This document shows positions 34,358 through 48,399 of a stretch of 64,000 nucleotides of DNA, one piece after another. Made by a program: the position numbers and the translations under genes. Source of the DNA: Paraphysomonas bandaiensis (Eukaryota; Protista; Chrysophyceae); the NCBI GenBank assembly GCA_965644295.1, contig CBFFRP010000218.1:248001-312000 (forward strand). Reading direction: 5' to 3'. Positions within the stretch are counted from its first letter, which is position 1. Every line of letters starts with the position of its first letter. The notes under the pieces were generated by a model. The model was not told the origin of the DNA and made no database searches. It worked only from the letters and a program-made list of their open reading frames with translations.

Positions 34358-35821
34358 TTATGCCGATTGCCCGAGATTCCACCTCACGAATTTGTTGATA
34401 GATACTGAGACAGGACTATTGGGGCTAATCTCTTTTCCAAGTGTTTGGAGATATTTCGATATAACAGGAGTACCCTCGACAGCCATGTGAGTCTATTGTA
34501 TATTAAAAATTAAATATCTTCTCCACATTTAGAGGAGCAGGCGTACCTGTCCAGTAAGACTCATCTCCTCCATACGCTTGGAGACCTTTCCTGCAACAAT
34601 TTTGTCGAGCATAGCCGGATTCTTCAGAGGAGTGGCTAACGTTTGCTCTCTGAAATTAAATAACAGCAACATGAGGTTTGATGGGTTGCCATAAAGGTGG
34701 AAATCCTACCTGTATATCGCAGTCTCGGCTTCAACCACTGAAGACGGGATGTCTGAAGAAGAAAGGTAGGTTGGTTTGGCCGCAACCTATAAACCGTAAA
34801 ACTGCCATCACATAAAAGATTTAGAGAACTTACTACGTGCATTGCCAATCTTCGAGCAGCATTGTGGAGTTTTTCAGTGGAGCCCTCAGGGGTTTCGGAC
34901 GTCCGTAGAGATACCAGTGACACCTCTCGCCCCATCTGCAATACAGCAGTAGATATTGAGTGGACTTACTAAAATATAAAAAAGTAGTATACCTCAACCT
35001 TGGCGCCAGTATCAGGCTCGTCCAAACCTTCAAGTACAACCTAAAAATAGTGAATTCAGAAGGGAAGTACACACGGCGAACTCTACCTTGCCGTGAACGT
35101 ATGCAGCAGTGTGTGTGCCTTCGCTGTCCAGGTTCTCAGCGCGACGCAGTACAATGTTCTCCCTACAGTAAAGGGCAACAGCATTTAAAATAATATGTAG
35201 AGATATTTGTGTTATCCTATCGAAATACCTGATAGATGTGGTAATATCACCCAATATGTCCTGGACGGTTTCTCCAGTTTTTGAGGCAAATGTGTCGATA
35301 ACAGGGAGTTTCAAAACATCCGTAACTTCAAGAGTGCCGCTCTGAGGTAAAGCATTTACGGTAGCTGTTGTAGCGGCAACAAATTTCTGAAAATCTTTAT
35401 TTCTGCTAACAAAATCTGTGCAAAGAAAAGTAAATCGCCTTGCCAGAATGCAGTGTATCTGTCAACCTGTCTCACTATTGACTTCAACAAGAGTAAACAT
35501 ATTCTTCCTTTGATACACAGCAATTAAACCTTCGACGGATACCCTGTTGCTCTATATAGATATTTCACATTTAAACAATACGATACGAGTATGCCTCAAA
35601 ACCTGACTGGAAGCTTTCGCTATTCCTTTGGCACGGAGCCAATCCATAGCCTTCTGCACATCGCCATTAACTTCAGGGTCCATCAGCGCCTTTTTGCATT
35701 CCATCATAGGAGCCCCAGAGGATTCTCGGAGGGCCTTGACTTGAGCTGCAGTAACTTGTATGCTGCGGTATCTATGGATCTGGTGAGATGCAAGTATGCT
35801 ACGACCGGTACGAAGAAACAT
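34358..35821 (-). CDS. TSFM: Mitochondrial elongation factor Ts, multi-exon
   Basis: Transit-like N-terminus, [28 protein letters not shown] across an intron, LAMHV, terminal KFVRWNLGQ. Confidence 0.93.
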
Positions 35822-36338
35822 ATTGATGAAGGAGAAATTCGATATATCTACCACGCTCAATCAATGCAATGCATGTGCAGAGTGCTCAATCAATACCGTA
35901 CGCCGTATATGACATACACACCACACTCCTACACGCTGCCTTCTATCACCACACACATTAACATACCCCATTGTCCAATAAAATATTCATATGGATATAT
36001 AAAGGTATGTTATTGGCTACATCTGCAGCACAATAGCATCAGGTGTACAAAGTGATATAAAATCCGCTTTTATTTCTGAGATTTCATTTTTTTCTCTAAA
36101 TATCCCATATTTTCCCTAAACATATGTTTTTTTGTGTCCAGGACATCCACTCTCATAGGAGTGGGCATCTTCACAATGGCTGCCTCTCACTCTAGTATGG
36201 TATGCATCATATAGAGAAATGCAGAGAAAGGATTGTGTGTGTTTCTCAAGACATACAAGTATTAGTAATATCGAATATTTAGCAACAGTGTGATTGGTGT
36301 TACTATTACAGTGTTCGCTGTAATTGTTTCCCGATATA

Positions 36339-37412
36339 ATGAAATCATTCCGCACGTCAATAGCACGCTGCTCCCCCCGTCACTATTTCTACTTTCTATG
36401 TTCATTAGTCGGACTATACATGATGATATCCATTATATGGGAAATACATGTCAGGACTTATGTATGGCAGTCAACTCAATTAGCTGATATAGTGACACCT
36501 GTGCGGCGGTCAAAGTGTCCTTATGATGCATCTCGAAACACAGGCAGTTATAACGACAACAAAGATCTTCGTATTGGATTGTTGTTTCTCTATGGGGAAT
36601 CCTTAAATGGTGAATGGGGAAGCGATGTGATGAAGATGGTAATGGATAACCGAATAAAATATGCAAAGCTCCATGGATACGATATCATAAACGCAAACTC
36701 CGTTATCGACAAATCGCGACCCATTGCGTGGAGTAAATTGTTAGCAGTGAAGAAATATTTGCCAGATTATGATTATATACTTTACATTGATATGGATGCT
36801 GTTATTATGGAGCCTTCTGTAAAGCTGGAGAACATCATTTCAATGGCATCATCGAAAGTTAAGCAGTATGATTTTATAATGACAGACGATTGGAACGGTC
36901 TGAATACAGGTGTTTTCTTTGTTCGTCGCTCGGAGTGGTCTCTTGCATTCTTGCAGCTTGCGTGGGACCAGTGGCAGCTGATACCTCCGCGATCCACGGC
37001 CCCTGGAAATGAAAAGCATCCGTTTGAATATGAGCAGCGCGCCTTTCACTACCTCCTCAATACACCGATGTGGAAATCGCGCCCAAAATTGCCTACTTAT
37101 AAGGGCGAGGGGGTTGTGGTCCAGGGTAAAGGGTCAGGAGGAAGTCGGGGAATGCGCACCCACTTCTTATCCCTTCCTCAGTGCACGATGAACTCCTACG
37201 CACTTCATCCTTTCGATTACGCTCACAGCCAGCATCGCGAATTTTCTCAGGTTTTTTCTCTTCCTGTGATACCTATCTGGTACTCATTGTTTGTACTGTA
37301 GTATGTGGACGGCGATTTCATCATTCACTTTGCCGGGAAAAAGGGGAGCGCCAAGATGGCCATTCTCAAACATTACTTAGAGTTAGCAGAGAAGAAATTT
37401 TCTCAGATATAA
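36339..37412 (+). CDS. GT34 (GMA12/MNN10-like) type II membrane glycosyltransferase, 2 exons
   Basis: N-terminal TM, YAKLHGY, WSKL, YIDMDA, GLNTGVFFVR, EQRAF; exon 2 GDFIIHFAG. Confidence 0.9.
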
Positions 37413-37592
37413 TCTGTATAGGTGGCGTAGTAGTATTCGATGTATGATGCACATATAGAACCTAAGAAATACTTGTGTTTTGACTCTGTATTTGTAATGT
37501 ACTGGTGTGGTGTGGTGCTGTAATTCAATATGTGATGACCCATCTTGGTAATCTATTTTTAGAATTATTCTTCAATGCGCGATAAGCAGCTG

Positions 37593-37671
37593 TTATTCAC
37601 AATTTATGCTTACTTCAACAGTGATGTATATATTATTCACAACTTATGCTTACTTCAACAATGATGTATAT
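37593..37671. repeat. ~40-bp tandem duplication
   Basis: TTATTCACAA(T/C)TTATGCTTACTTCAACA(G/A)TGATGTATAT twice. Confidence 0.8.
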
Positions 37672-37988
37672 TTCGGTTTATGCTACGTTTCAGTTTATCC
37701 CATATATTCCATCAAACCATTGGTGTTAAAGTGATCTGTTATTGCATCCTGAAGTAGCTACGCACTAATATTACTACCCATTTTATAAACCCTAGAGGAG
37801 CCAGATTTTAGATTATTGAACAGGGAGTGAACGGAAAAAAATTAGCATAAAAACAAGTAGCAAACGGATTGACGTACATCTATAAATCACAAGCTTGATG
37901 TTTATAATATGTGCGGTGCAAGAACGAAAAGGTATATATATTATATTACTATCCACACAGCATCGTATATACAAATATGACGTCGAGA

Positions 37989-40987
37989 TCAATACTGCTG
38001 GGACTGTAATAACTCGTAAGCCGACATATTACACTTTTGAGCTTCACTCTGAAGTCGTTTTAAAAATACTGATGCTGTCTGAAGAGCTTCTTTGGCTTGG
38101 TCCAAGTCATTGTCATCTGCTATTTTAATTCGAACTAATTGTCGCACGCCATTCACTCCAGACACGAGGTAGTGTACTTGTTTTTCGGTTAACTTGCCCC
38201 TGATGTTATCTGGCATACTCTGAACAACAGAGCTGACACTTGATATTTGATCTGTCAAAGCTGTGTTGCTGTCATACGGTAGCAACCACCGGGACAGTGC
38301 CCCTCGGAGAACATTCAGAGACTTCGCCACACGTTTTAGCTACAGAAGCATAGTTAGATATGACATTGAAGTGACGAAACTACTCACTTCTTCCATAAAC
38401 AATAATCCTGCCTCGGCAGAGGCCAGCGTGAACTGGATATCTTCGTCACTGTTAATCGGTCGCCGCAGCAATAGTTCTACTTCACCTCTCCTGTATACAC
38501 GTATCAGATGGATGAAAACGTTCTTTGCGAGACCTACCTCATTACCATAGTTTGGGACCATGGGTCCGCGGGCGCTAATGGCTTTCGCGAGCAGGTGGAC
38601 ACTTCTTCTCCCTCCAAGTCCTTCTGAACGGCATTGGACCTTTTCTTCAGAGCCAGAGAAGCCCGATCTCTATTTCTCCGGTGTATCACAGGGCGGGCTT
38701 CGCCCTCACTGTCCGCAACTGCTGATTTCCCAGCCGCCATGTCCTCTTCCATTGTATCCAATGACCCCAATGATTTGCGGTGCCCTCTCGCCCGCCCTCC
38801 TGCCTTCTGCCCGACTCCTGCACTAAAAAACCCTTTTTCCTGGGCTGGTTGGGCGGAAAAACTTTTAGGTTCAGATTGTGGACCCTCTGCCCCCCCCCCG
38901 CATGGTGACCGCAGTCCGTTGACACTCGCAGGAGTGCCGAGAGCACCCGCTTGAATAGAAGATGCTCCATTCGGATTCACACCCTTGACACTGACCGGTG
39001 ATGAGTCCGCAGAGGACCTATGTCTAAGACAAGTCAACTTAATTGCAATTGCACCCTCTGTACAAACCTTCGGTTGAGGTTCTTAAGAACACTCCTGTTT
39101 CTCTCGCTTTTGCCGTTGGATCCATCCATACTTCCATCTAGGTCCACAGAGGATGGTTTCGAAACTCCTGATGTCGAAGCCGGTGGATCCTCTCTGCGCG
39201 CAGATGTGGGTACCTGCTGCTGCCTTCGCCCTCCAACAGCACGACGCTGGTGATATTGCTTTGCCTCCTCATCCACCTTGCCCGCTCCTCTACCAACCAC
39301 AGAAAGACTACCAGCATCAGAACATTCATCCCTAGCAGCGCGGCGAATCGGAGACACTGACAACTTCTCTGTCATGCTGCTCATTTGTTGCATACGCCTA
39401 TTTCCCCCAACCCCAGAAGCCACAGAGTCTGAACTAACCTCACGCTTGAGGGGTTGCCGCCCTCCATGCGATACTCTTGGAGATATTATCTGCTGGTGAG
39501 GTTGTCTGCTCTGTTGTTGACCGCCTGGGGCCCTCGAGCTACCTTCCCCTTCCGCTACTTTATCGACACCGCTGTTCTCAACAGAAAAGCCACGGCGACT
39601 GGACTGCTGCTGAGGTCTATTGCGTGGGCTGTTTCCTCCTTCTGTGTGGCGTTCATGCCTCTGCCTATGCTCATTTGTGGGGATGGCAGGGGACGGACTG
39701 CTGTGCTTGGTCGGCCGAGGCAGGCCTCTCTTTGCCTCACCTCCGCGTCGAGCGGAGAGTGCCTTCTTCTGTCGCTCTTCTTCCTGCTCAAGGCGATCCA
39801 GTTGTTCCAGCTGTCGCATGAGGGAGTCCACCTCCATCTCCAGCTACACCACATATATTAAGGCAAGAATGCTTGCAAAGAATAATTACAATTACCTTTG
39901 CGTTTTGCATTGAGCTCATAGTACGCTTCCGCTGTAGTTCCAAAAGTGACTGGTTTTCCATCCGCACCTTCTGCATTATAGACTCATACCCCGCAAGCGA
40001 GAAGGACGAGTCATCGTCTGTATCTGATTTCAACGGTGACTCAGTAGACATCCTACCATCATGTTGGGTAGCCACAGGATCATTTATTTGCTGCAAATGA
40101 TACAGTTGGAGCTGATGGAACTGTGCCTCGTGCTTCGACTTGGAGTAAAAGGGAGAGGGGGGGAAGTCGTCAGTTGGTAGTTCACCAGGGGAAGTGGGTG
40201 GGAAAGTTAGAAGCTGGCCAGTTGACTCCGAGGATCCCTGATTCGCCCTGTCTATGGGCGTCTTGGGAGTCTTAGGGGTCTTGGCTGCTTTCATCTTAGG
40301 TACAATTGCCGGGGAAGTTTCAGTCACGGGCGGTGGTGTATTCTCTGATGACCGAGAGGGCCGTCGATAATTTTGATTTCCAGTGGGAGTACGCGACTTC
40401 TCGACTTTCACCTCTGATGTAGCTGTCGTCCCCTCATAATCATTCCTATTATTCTTGTGGGGTTGCGGAGATAACACTGGTGGTGACGATGTCGTATCAA
40501 AAGAAGTTTGTCCTTTTTCTTCTGCCCTGTCGTCTCCAATGATTGAAACAGTTGTAGGGGCAACATCTTTATCAATGTCGTCCTCAACACATTCAGATTC
40601 CTTAGATGGAGAGGGAACTATAGTGTCATCCAATCGAACGGGACTGCGAGTTTCACTTTTAGCAGAATAACGACCCCCACTACTACTGCTGCGACTAATA
40701 AATATATCCGATCGTTTATCCTGAGGGGGAGGAGACTTACTGCCTTTGTCTTCAGCAATATCTGTGATGGCGAGATCGGAATACACATATTCTTCTTTTG
40801 ACTTCGCTTCCGAATGTTGCGACTCGAATGAGCTAGATTTATTAACACCTTCATCTCGATTGAAGCCGCTATCGATATGTGTTCCACCAACAACCATGCG
40901 GCCATTAGGCCCTTCAAAGGGCATCACATCATCGCCGTTAGAGACACCGATCTCTCCACGGAATTTCTTGCTACCGGCAGCACCCAT
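37989..40987 (-). CDS. Multi-exon, largely disordered protein with MG myristoylation-like start and helical C-terminal domain
   Basis: Chain of ORFs (39896-40987, 39040-39841, 38537-38995 and smaller) separated by short GT-AG introns; MGAAGSKK start. Confidence 0.75.
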
Positions 40988-43594
40988 GTATAACTTATCT
41001 GTGTATCATATTATATTCTGTGCTCTGTATATGTAGCAATAATGCGAAGTGTTGGAGCTGGTAGTTACTTCAGTTAGTTGTAGCCGGGATGAATGCTTAT
41101 ATATGATGAGTTTAACACAAGAAAACAATACGGAATATGGAATACGTACCTCTGTAATCGTACCAGTATATCCTTGCGAGATAATCCATATGGCGGCAAA
41201 GAAATCAGCTTTTTTACGTTGTTTAAACAATAAAACGTTGGTTTTTAATTATGATTAACATATTCCCTAGTATTCCCACAACGTTCAGAGTGTATTGTTC
41301 TATGAGTAGGAATTCCTACATATGAAGTCCGACACTCAAAAAACGATTGTAGAGGTTTTCGCTCATGGCTTGAAGAGCACTACGATCATGTATCACTATC
41401 GTATCTGCCTGGATATTGATGCATATCGTCTCAATGGACTTTCTAAAGGTGAAGTTTTTTCACCTCCATATATACTCTATCTACAGACACACTCTGCACT
41501 ACTCAACAGACACTATTCGTAGATGATGAGATGAGGCCAAACGGGGCACCGTACTCTGACTAGTTGCATTTCATGGTAATCGAATTTCTTGAATATACAA
41601 ACTTCTTTGCGTTAGGCTTCTTCAGGGGCCATTTTGTTTGGGCTGGGAATAGACTCGTTACTTCCTATTAAAACCTTCAGGATATTAGACTTTTTCATAT
41701 ATTCTTTTCTATTTTTGTTCTTGTGGCTACCGCCTAGTCATCACTGGGCGAATCTTGGGTGGGGCTATTAGTACTCTCATGGCACTGGAACTCTATCACC
41801 CGTCCAAAACCGGAGTAGGAAAGGATATAACTTGGCCGTCGTAACATAGGGATACACAAGGATAATACGAGAGAGCTTTGCGAAGAAAATGTGCCGTAGT
41901 AGGGGTTATGTTTGATATATAAACTACAGGTAACGAATGATAGACTACAGGAATATATGACAGGGCTTCTGTAACTCGGAATAAATTGCATCATAAATAA
42001 TATAGTATATCTTACATTTTGCTGAATTCATACGGTCATCTTAGTTGCAATAGTTTTTTATATGACCTAGTATTACAGATATTTTCACCGCTGCTGGATT
42101 TGGCAGCTCTGTCATCGTCGAATTCGTTTGTGTTCTTTTAGCTGTATTCTTACATATTCAAAGTTAGCGTTGTATTAGTAAATTAAGGTACTATGAATAT
42201 TCTGTAGGAGGGTACAACGTATAACAATAGCGCATAAGACCAGGGATAGGGAACAGTATATGTCGATTTTGTGTGGTTTGGTTTTGACATTGCTGTACAA
42301 ACGGATCCGACTCACGAGAACTGAGCTAACAGATTATATTAAATTTAGCAATATTGTTTATATGTAAGTAGTACCGTTTATAGAATACTCTTAACGGCTG
42401 CTTTAATGTACAATTCTATTCTTCATATTTAAAATTTAGGGGCTATAGATACTAGCGTTCTCTTGAAACCATATTGCAATAGGCATTGGTGGGAATATTT
42501 TTCTTTTCTTATCAATAACAGTAATTACTGTTCACTCTGAGTAGCATTAACAGCAACGACAACATCAATGATCAATACAATGTGATAACAACAGTAACAA
42601 TGTATATGGCATATGTTATAACACCTAAGAACATCGGTGGCATAATTGATTTTTGATTAAAAGAATCGCGTCTAGAGTTACATAATGAACATATCCACAA
42701 CGAGCCTGAGTTTTTTCCATCACTACATCGATATACATTCAAGAATTCATACAGCAAATGCAAACAGTCTTTATCACCCATTATAGAACACACGTGCCTC
42801 TGGGTAGTGAATTTAATTCCTATAGTGGAAAGGTTAACAAGTCGGGTATTTCGTCAGTATCTAGCCGCAAGACATAAGATACGACCGCAACAGCTTCAGA
42901 TTACACGGATAATGGCCCACTTACGACTGATTCTAGTAAAAATTTAAAAACATTATCGTATTATTACCTTCCTATATAATAGGGAATCACTCATTAGATG
43001 TGCATCTTGTAGTCATTGAACTCATTGGGAAAAGTGAAAGGTATAAAAAGGATACCGTAAGATTCTAAGAATATATCTGGTTGCCTATGATACCGGAAAT
43101 GCTGACAACAATGACGACAATGGTATGAGATGACGGAATTGGCTATACAGAAAGTCTATTTTCTATACATATATGCAATTCCTACCCGAGATATTGTGAT
43201 ATGCACAGCACTCCCCCTGGATGAAAGATTCTACAGAGTGGGTGAAACACAACAATATGCATATTCATGGATATTCATAATAATTTTCAGGGCATTTTCT
43301 TCAGATCTGCTTTCTCGTGTTTTTAGTATAAACTCCCTAAAAAAGTCTTGAAAATCCCAGAAAATCCCAGAAAATCCCAAGTCGGAAGTGTGTTGGATTT
43401 GGAAGTCTATCTGGACAATTCCGGACTATCTCCACATTGTAGACAACTTCGTACATCACACCCACATCATACCTATGTGGGGTATACACACAAATTAGAA
43501 AAGATACCGAACGACGCGAAGAAACATATACATAACTCATTCTCTAAATAATTGAAGTACTAAACGCTAAGAGTGTTACTTAAATTAACTGTGT

Positions 43595-46500
43595 GATGGG
43601 AGAGCACAGAGATTATCATCAAGAGTATTACAGCGGTGGTCTGGGCAGTAGAGATAACAGGACAGGGGGGATGTACTTCGTTGAATCAGATATGCATCCT
43701 CAGAGTGGTAATAATCAAACCATTCGAGAGAATCAGACGCCAGCCGCAGACGAGCACGAAGATACGGATTCTTTCTCATCTTTTTGGAGCGCTCGTGTGG
43801 GTGAGCATCTGCAAAACCCATCCAGCCAATCAGATAGACACGACACAGCTGAACACCCCTCTGATGACCACTCACTGAGAGATGTAAAGATACAACAGCG
43901 TCAGGCGATAAAGAATCGTGAAGATTATAGAGTCAAAGAGTTGACTCACGACTACGATGCCTGGGATGAAAAGGAGCAACTACGACGCTATGAAGAAAGT
44001 CAAGAGCTTGAAAAAGAGCGGTGGCGAAAAAAACAGCAGAAACTACGCGACCAAAAAGCTGAATCTGAGAGGAGAAGACAACAAGAAATGCAAGAGTTGC
44101 AAGACAAGGAAAAGAAGGAAAAGGAGCATATGTGGAGGGAGCGAGAAGGGGTAATTGATACTGAATGTGAGAGTAGAAGACAGGATGAAGTCGACATGGG
44201 GGCGGTAAGAGAGCATCGTGAACTCCGGAAACAAGAGTTGCAAGACAAGGAAAAGAAGGAAAAGGAGCATATGTGGAGGGAGCGAGAAGGGGTAATTGAT
44301 GCTGAACTTGAGAGTAGAAGACAGGATGAAGTCGACATGGGGGCGGTAAGAGAGCATCATGAACTCCGGAAACAAGAGTTGCAAGACAAGGAAAAGAAGG
44401 GAAAGGAGCATGTTCAAAAGGAGCGAGAAGGTGTAATTGATGCTGAATCTGAGAGTAGAAGACAGGATGAAGCCGACATGAGGGCAATAAGAGAGCATCG
44501 TGAGCTCCGGAAACAAGAGTTGCAAGACAAGGAAAAGAAGGGAAAGGAGCATGTTCAAAAGGAGCGAGAAGGTGTAATTGATGCTGAATCTGAGAGTAGA
44601 AGACAGGATGAAGCCGACATGAGGGCAATAAGAGAGCATCGTGAGCTCCGGAAACAAGAGTTGCAAGACAAGGAAAAGAAGCATATGTGGAGGGAGCGAG
44701 AAGGTGTAATTGATGCTGAATCTGAGAGTAGAAGACAGTATGATTCCGACATGGGGGCAATAAGAGAGCATCGTGAACTCCGGAAACAAGCGTTGCAAGA
44801 CAAGGAAAAGAAGGAAAAGGAGCATGTTCAAAAGGAGCGAGAAGGTGTAATTGATGCTGAACTTGAGAGTAGAAGACAGGATGAAGCCGACATGAGGGCA
44901 ATCAGAGAGCATCGTCAACGTATGTACCTGAGTAGTTTGCGTGGTGATTTTGAAAGCAGTAGTGGGATTGCTGCGGAAGTCGAAGGCCAATCACATTCGT
45001 CTGTTGTTTTGGACAGCGGTCCTATCAAATCGGGAGGTACTGACCAGTGGGAATGTGAAAGGTGCACGTTCCTCAATAGCAATGAGCTTAGAGTGTGTGA
45101 GATGTGTGATATCCCGAGGGAACGAAAAACGGAAGTTGCTGGTAATTATGGCAGATCCCCTCCTGCTAAATATGTGGGTACCGGTGAGCATCCTCAAGAG
45201 ATACCATTTGATTACGGAAGGAGAGTATATCATGTATTATCCGGTACCAGCAGTCAGTATACCGCAGGGGCAGTGTCAGCATGCACCACAATTGCTCTTC
45301 AGGCTGTTCATAGTATACTCAATGCATTGACTGACTCAAGATTTCCTTACGGGTGCTCCCCTGCACTGATAGATGACATTGTCAGATTAGGTTCGACCTA
45401 CAAAGGTGATTTTCATCAGGACCTCAACGAAGTTCTGAAAACCCGGCGAGATCTAACTGCGCACGAGGAGAAAGGACTCAGACCGGTAACCCCTTACTCG
45501 ACACAGTACTTTTCTTTATATATTTATTTGTACAGGTGGGTACAATGGTCGATGTCTCGCCTCAGAACCCAGTGCCAGGCCTTCGCCGCGGGCTGGAGTG
45601 GAACCGTTCACTGAAGGCTAATGTGGCTTGTGTATTAACATGTCAGGCGCAGTCAATATGCGTGGTGTATGTATATAGCCCCTCCTTGTCCCCACATACT
45701 GATTCTGATGTGAAGTTTATCCTATTTGACAGCCACTCCAGACAGCACAATGGTGTCAATTATGGGGCATGTTTGCTATTTTTTAATAGCTTGGATGACG
45801 TTTGTCACTACATACAGCTTCTCTTTCCCTCCATTGATATGCCTGCTCTCTCTATACAAAGCGAGTTTGAGCAAGCTCAGTATGCGGCTATAACTGTGGG
45901 GCAAGCGGATTTCTTTTGTCTAAAACGTTCTTGGTCGATGAGACCTGATGCTATGTTGCAATCGAACCCGAGTACACCCCTTGAGGAGTTTCAGAGATCA
46001 GGCTCTATATGCTCATCAACAGGATATCAGACTCCCGGCAGTGTACAGTATAATATACATGATGAATTTGACAGGGAGCGAATTAGAGCTATTGAGCTGA
46101 CAAGGGATCAAGCAATCGAGAGGGAGATGAAATTACTGGCAGATATTAGAGATTTGCTAATGGAACAGCGGGCTTTACAAGTTGCCCTCAGTTGTGAGAA
46201 AGACGAACACGTCAAAACGAAGGAAGCTCTAGCGAAGAAGACTATTTTGTTAGACAATATTGAGTACAGGCTTCTGCGGGCAGAGGAGGATGCCCAAAAT
46301 TTTAAAGACAGGTCTCTCAGTCTCGAAGTCCTGCTCAAGGAGTGTCTGCATGAAAAGAACACACACCAAACCCAACGTTTGCCCTGTGATGATGATGTTG
46401 ATAGTACCCATCGGTTAGAGCATAAAGACCAGGCGCGCGGAGGTGAATCCAGCTTAATGTGCTCTACTTCAATTTTTCTGACTGCAAGTATTGTAGGCTC

Positions 46501-47426
46501 TCGTCGTATTATTGGTGATTGCTTTATGAATGGATTGAATGTAATACAAATGGAAACAGACAAGATGATTGCACAGCAAATGGAGGAGGAAGAGATGCGC
46601 TTGGCCGAGGATGCTGCCATGGCCATGAAATTGATGCAGGAAACAGTTTTCTGTTGCACTATTTGTAGGGACGACGAGGTGCGATCACAATAGTATTACT
46701 GCATTATGTGATCTGACGATTTTTCAGGTCTCATACGAGGACATGTTTGACCTTGAACATGCTGATCATAAGCTATGTAGGGTTTGTGCAAGGTGAATAA
46801 TGTGCAATATTCTTGTGTTATGATCATTTCTATCAAACAGTCGCTATATACAAACAGCGCTGAAAGATAGAACTGTGCCTGTTCGCTGCCCTTTCGAAGG
46901 ATGCGACCTACACTTATCGGAGAGTAAATGCTTCGAGGTATTATCGTGTGAAGAGCAAGAGTTTTGGCTTGAACTTTCTAAACGTCCTCAAGGCGATCCC
47001 GGGTTCAGACAATGCCCTGTACCTGACTGCAAAGGGTTTGACCTCAAAGATGACGAAGTCGAGGCCGATTGTACCTGTCGAATCTGTCACCATCACTGGT
47101 GTTCGAATTGCCAGGTCGATCTAATTGAATCCCAGCACACTGGAATATCCTGCAGTGCCTATCAGCAGTGGAAGAAAGACAATGAGACAGGAGACGAAAA
47201 GATGGATAATCTTTTGCAGGAAGGGTTGGAAGATAAACGTGGAAAAGATCGTATGCGTCGTTGCCCTTCCTGTCAGCGTCCCTGGTCGAAGGATGAAGCC
47301 TGCAACCACGTGGTTTGCGCGGTTGCATTTGGGGGGTGTGGAGTTCACTTCTGCTTCAAGTGTGCAAATTTTTCCGCCAGCACTGCAACGGAGATATACA
47401 ATCATCAGCCTTCGTGCAGAGGATGA
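43595..47426 (+). CDS. RBR E3 ubiquitin ligase with 40-aa repeats, NZF/RanBP2 zinc finger, VTD-like cysteine-protease domain, coiled coil and MIU-like motifs
   Basis: WECERCTFLN..CEMC; SQY..SACTTIA and FILFDSH; DAAMAMKLMQE; RING1 CTIC..H..HKLCRVC..CPFEGC; IBR CPVPDC..CRICHHHWCSNC; RING2 CPSC..ACNHVVC..CGVHFCFKC. Frame-preserving introns 45486-45535, ~46679-46727 and ~46792-46840. Confidence 0.88.
44092..44915. repeat. ~120-bp coding tandem repeat, ~7 copies
   Basis: QELQDKEKKEKEHMWREREGVIDAESESRRQDEADMRAIREHRELRK-type units. Confidence 0.95.
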
Positions 47427-47649
47427 AATTAATTTATCGTATCATGTTTCTATAATGTATGTTTTATGGTTTTACTGATACGGTGGATATGGCAATCAAT
47501 ATTTCTAATATGTCACTTAATATTCTACTATTGATTTTACTACATATTCTACTATTGATTCTACTGCATCTATTCTGAAAGTGTAGTAAAATGGGGTCAT
47601 TATGATACAAGTCAAGGATAGAGACAATATGACGTACGTAGCAGTTAGT

Positions 47650-47774
47650 ATATTTAACCACGGGAAATAAGGGGTCTATATTGCCCCGCGCTCAAAATTT
47701 TGTAACGAGGGCGAAAAGCCCGAGTTTTAAAATTGAGACAAGGGACAATACTCCTTATCTTTAGGTTAAATTAT
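47650..47774. other. ~125-bp imperfect palindrome (foldback)
   Basis: Nested pairs TTTAACC/GGTTAAA, ATAAGGGGT/ACTCCTTAT, TATTGCCCC/GGGACAATA, CTCAA/TTGAG, GGGC-GAAAA-GCCC. Confidence 0.75.
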
Positions 47775-48399
47775 AGCTTATCCTCATGATGTTGAAAACT
47801 TAATATATATTAGATTGTATAGCTTTTAGTAGCTGGCTTGCTGTAAAAAGAAAGAGGTGTTTCCTGATTAGCGTTTAGAAAACAAATGATAATTTATATT
47901 GTTTCAAATGAATGGTATGTATACTATGTATGCTTTGGGAATAGTAGCAATTGCCTGGTTATGAAGGTAGGTCGCTTGCACTGACATCATCATTATGATC
48001 TTATACAGGAGTCGAATGATGGAATATAACGTGGAGTGTTTGATGATCAGCTTTGGGTAGTTGGCTCATGATTGTGGTTTCTCTCAAAAATACGTAAGAT
48101 AACGAAATCACATAAATGACTGTCAAAATCATAATGAAGATAGAAGCGAGCTTCTGTTGACCGGTGGTAATGTTAGCGCTTTGTTGAGCCAAAATCAAAA
48201 AATCAAAAAAAGGGGATAATGAAATAACTTTTAGCTAGTAGTCTTTTAGTCAGATAAAAAGTGAGAGTAATATATTAAGGCCAGATCTAGGTAGGTGAGG
48301 AATGTTTTGAGAGTGTCAAGTTATGACACAATGGATGATTTACTAAGTTAACTGGACGTGTATTCACTCATTAATATTGTTAAAATTATCATAATCAAT

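Noticed and set aside
41300-43550. Short ORFs in an AT-rich stretch
   Set aside because: No recognisable motifs or coherent exon chain.
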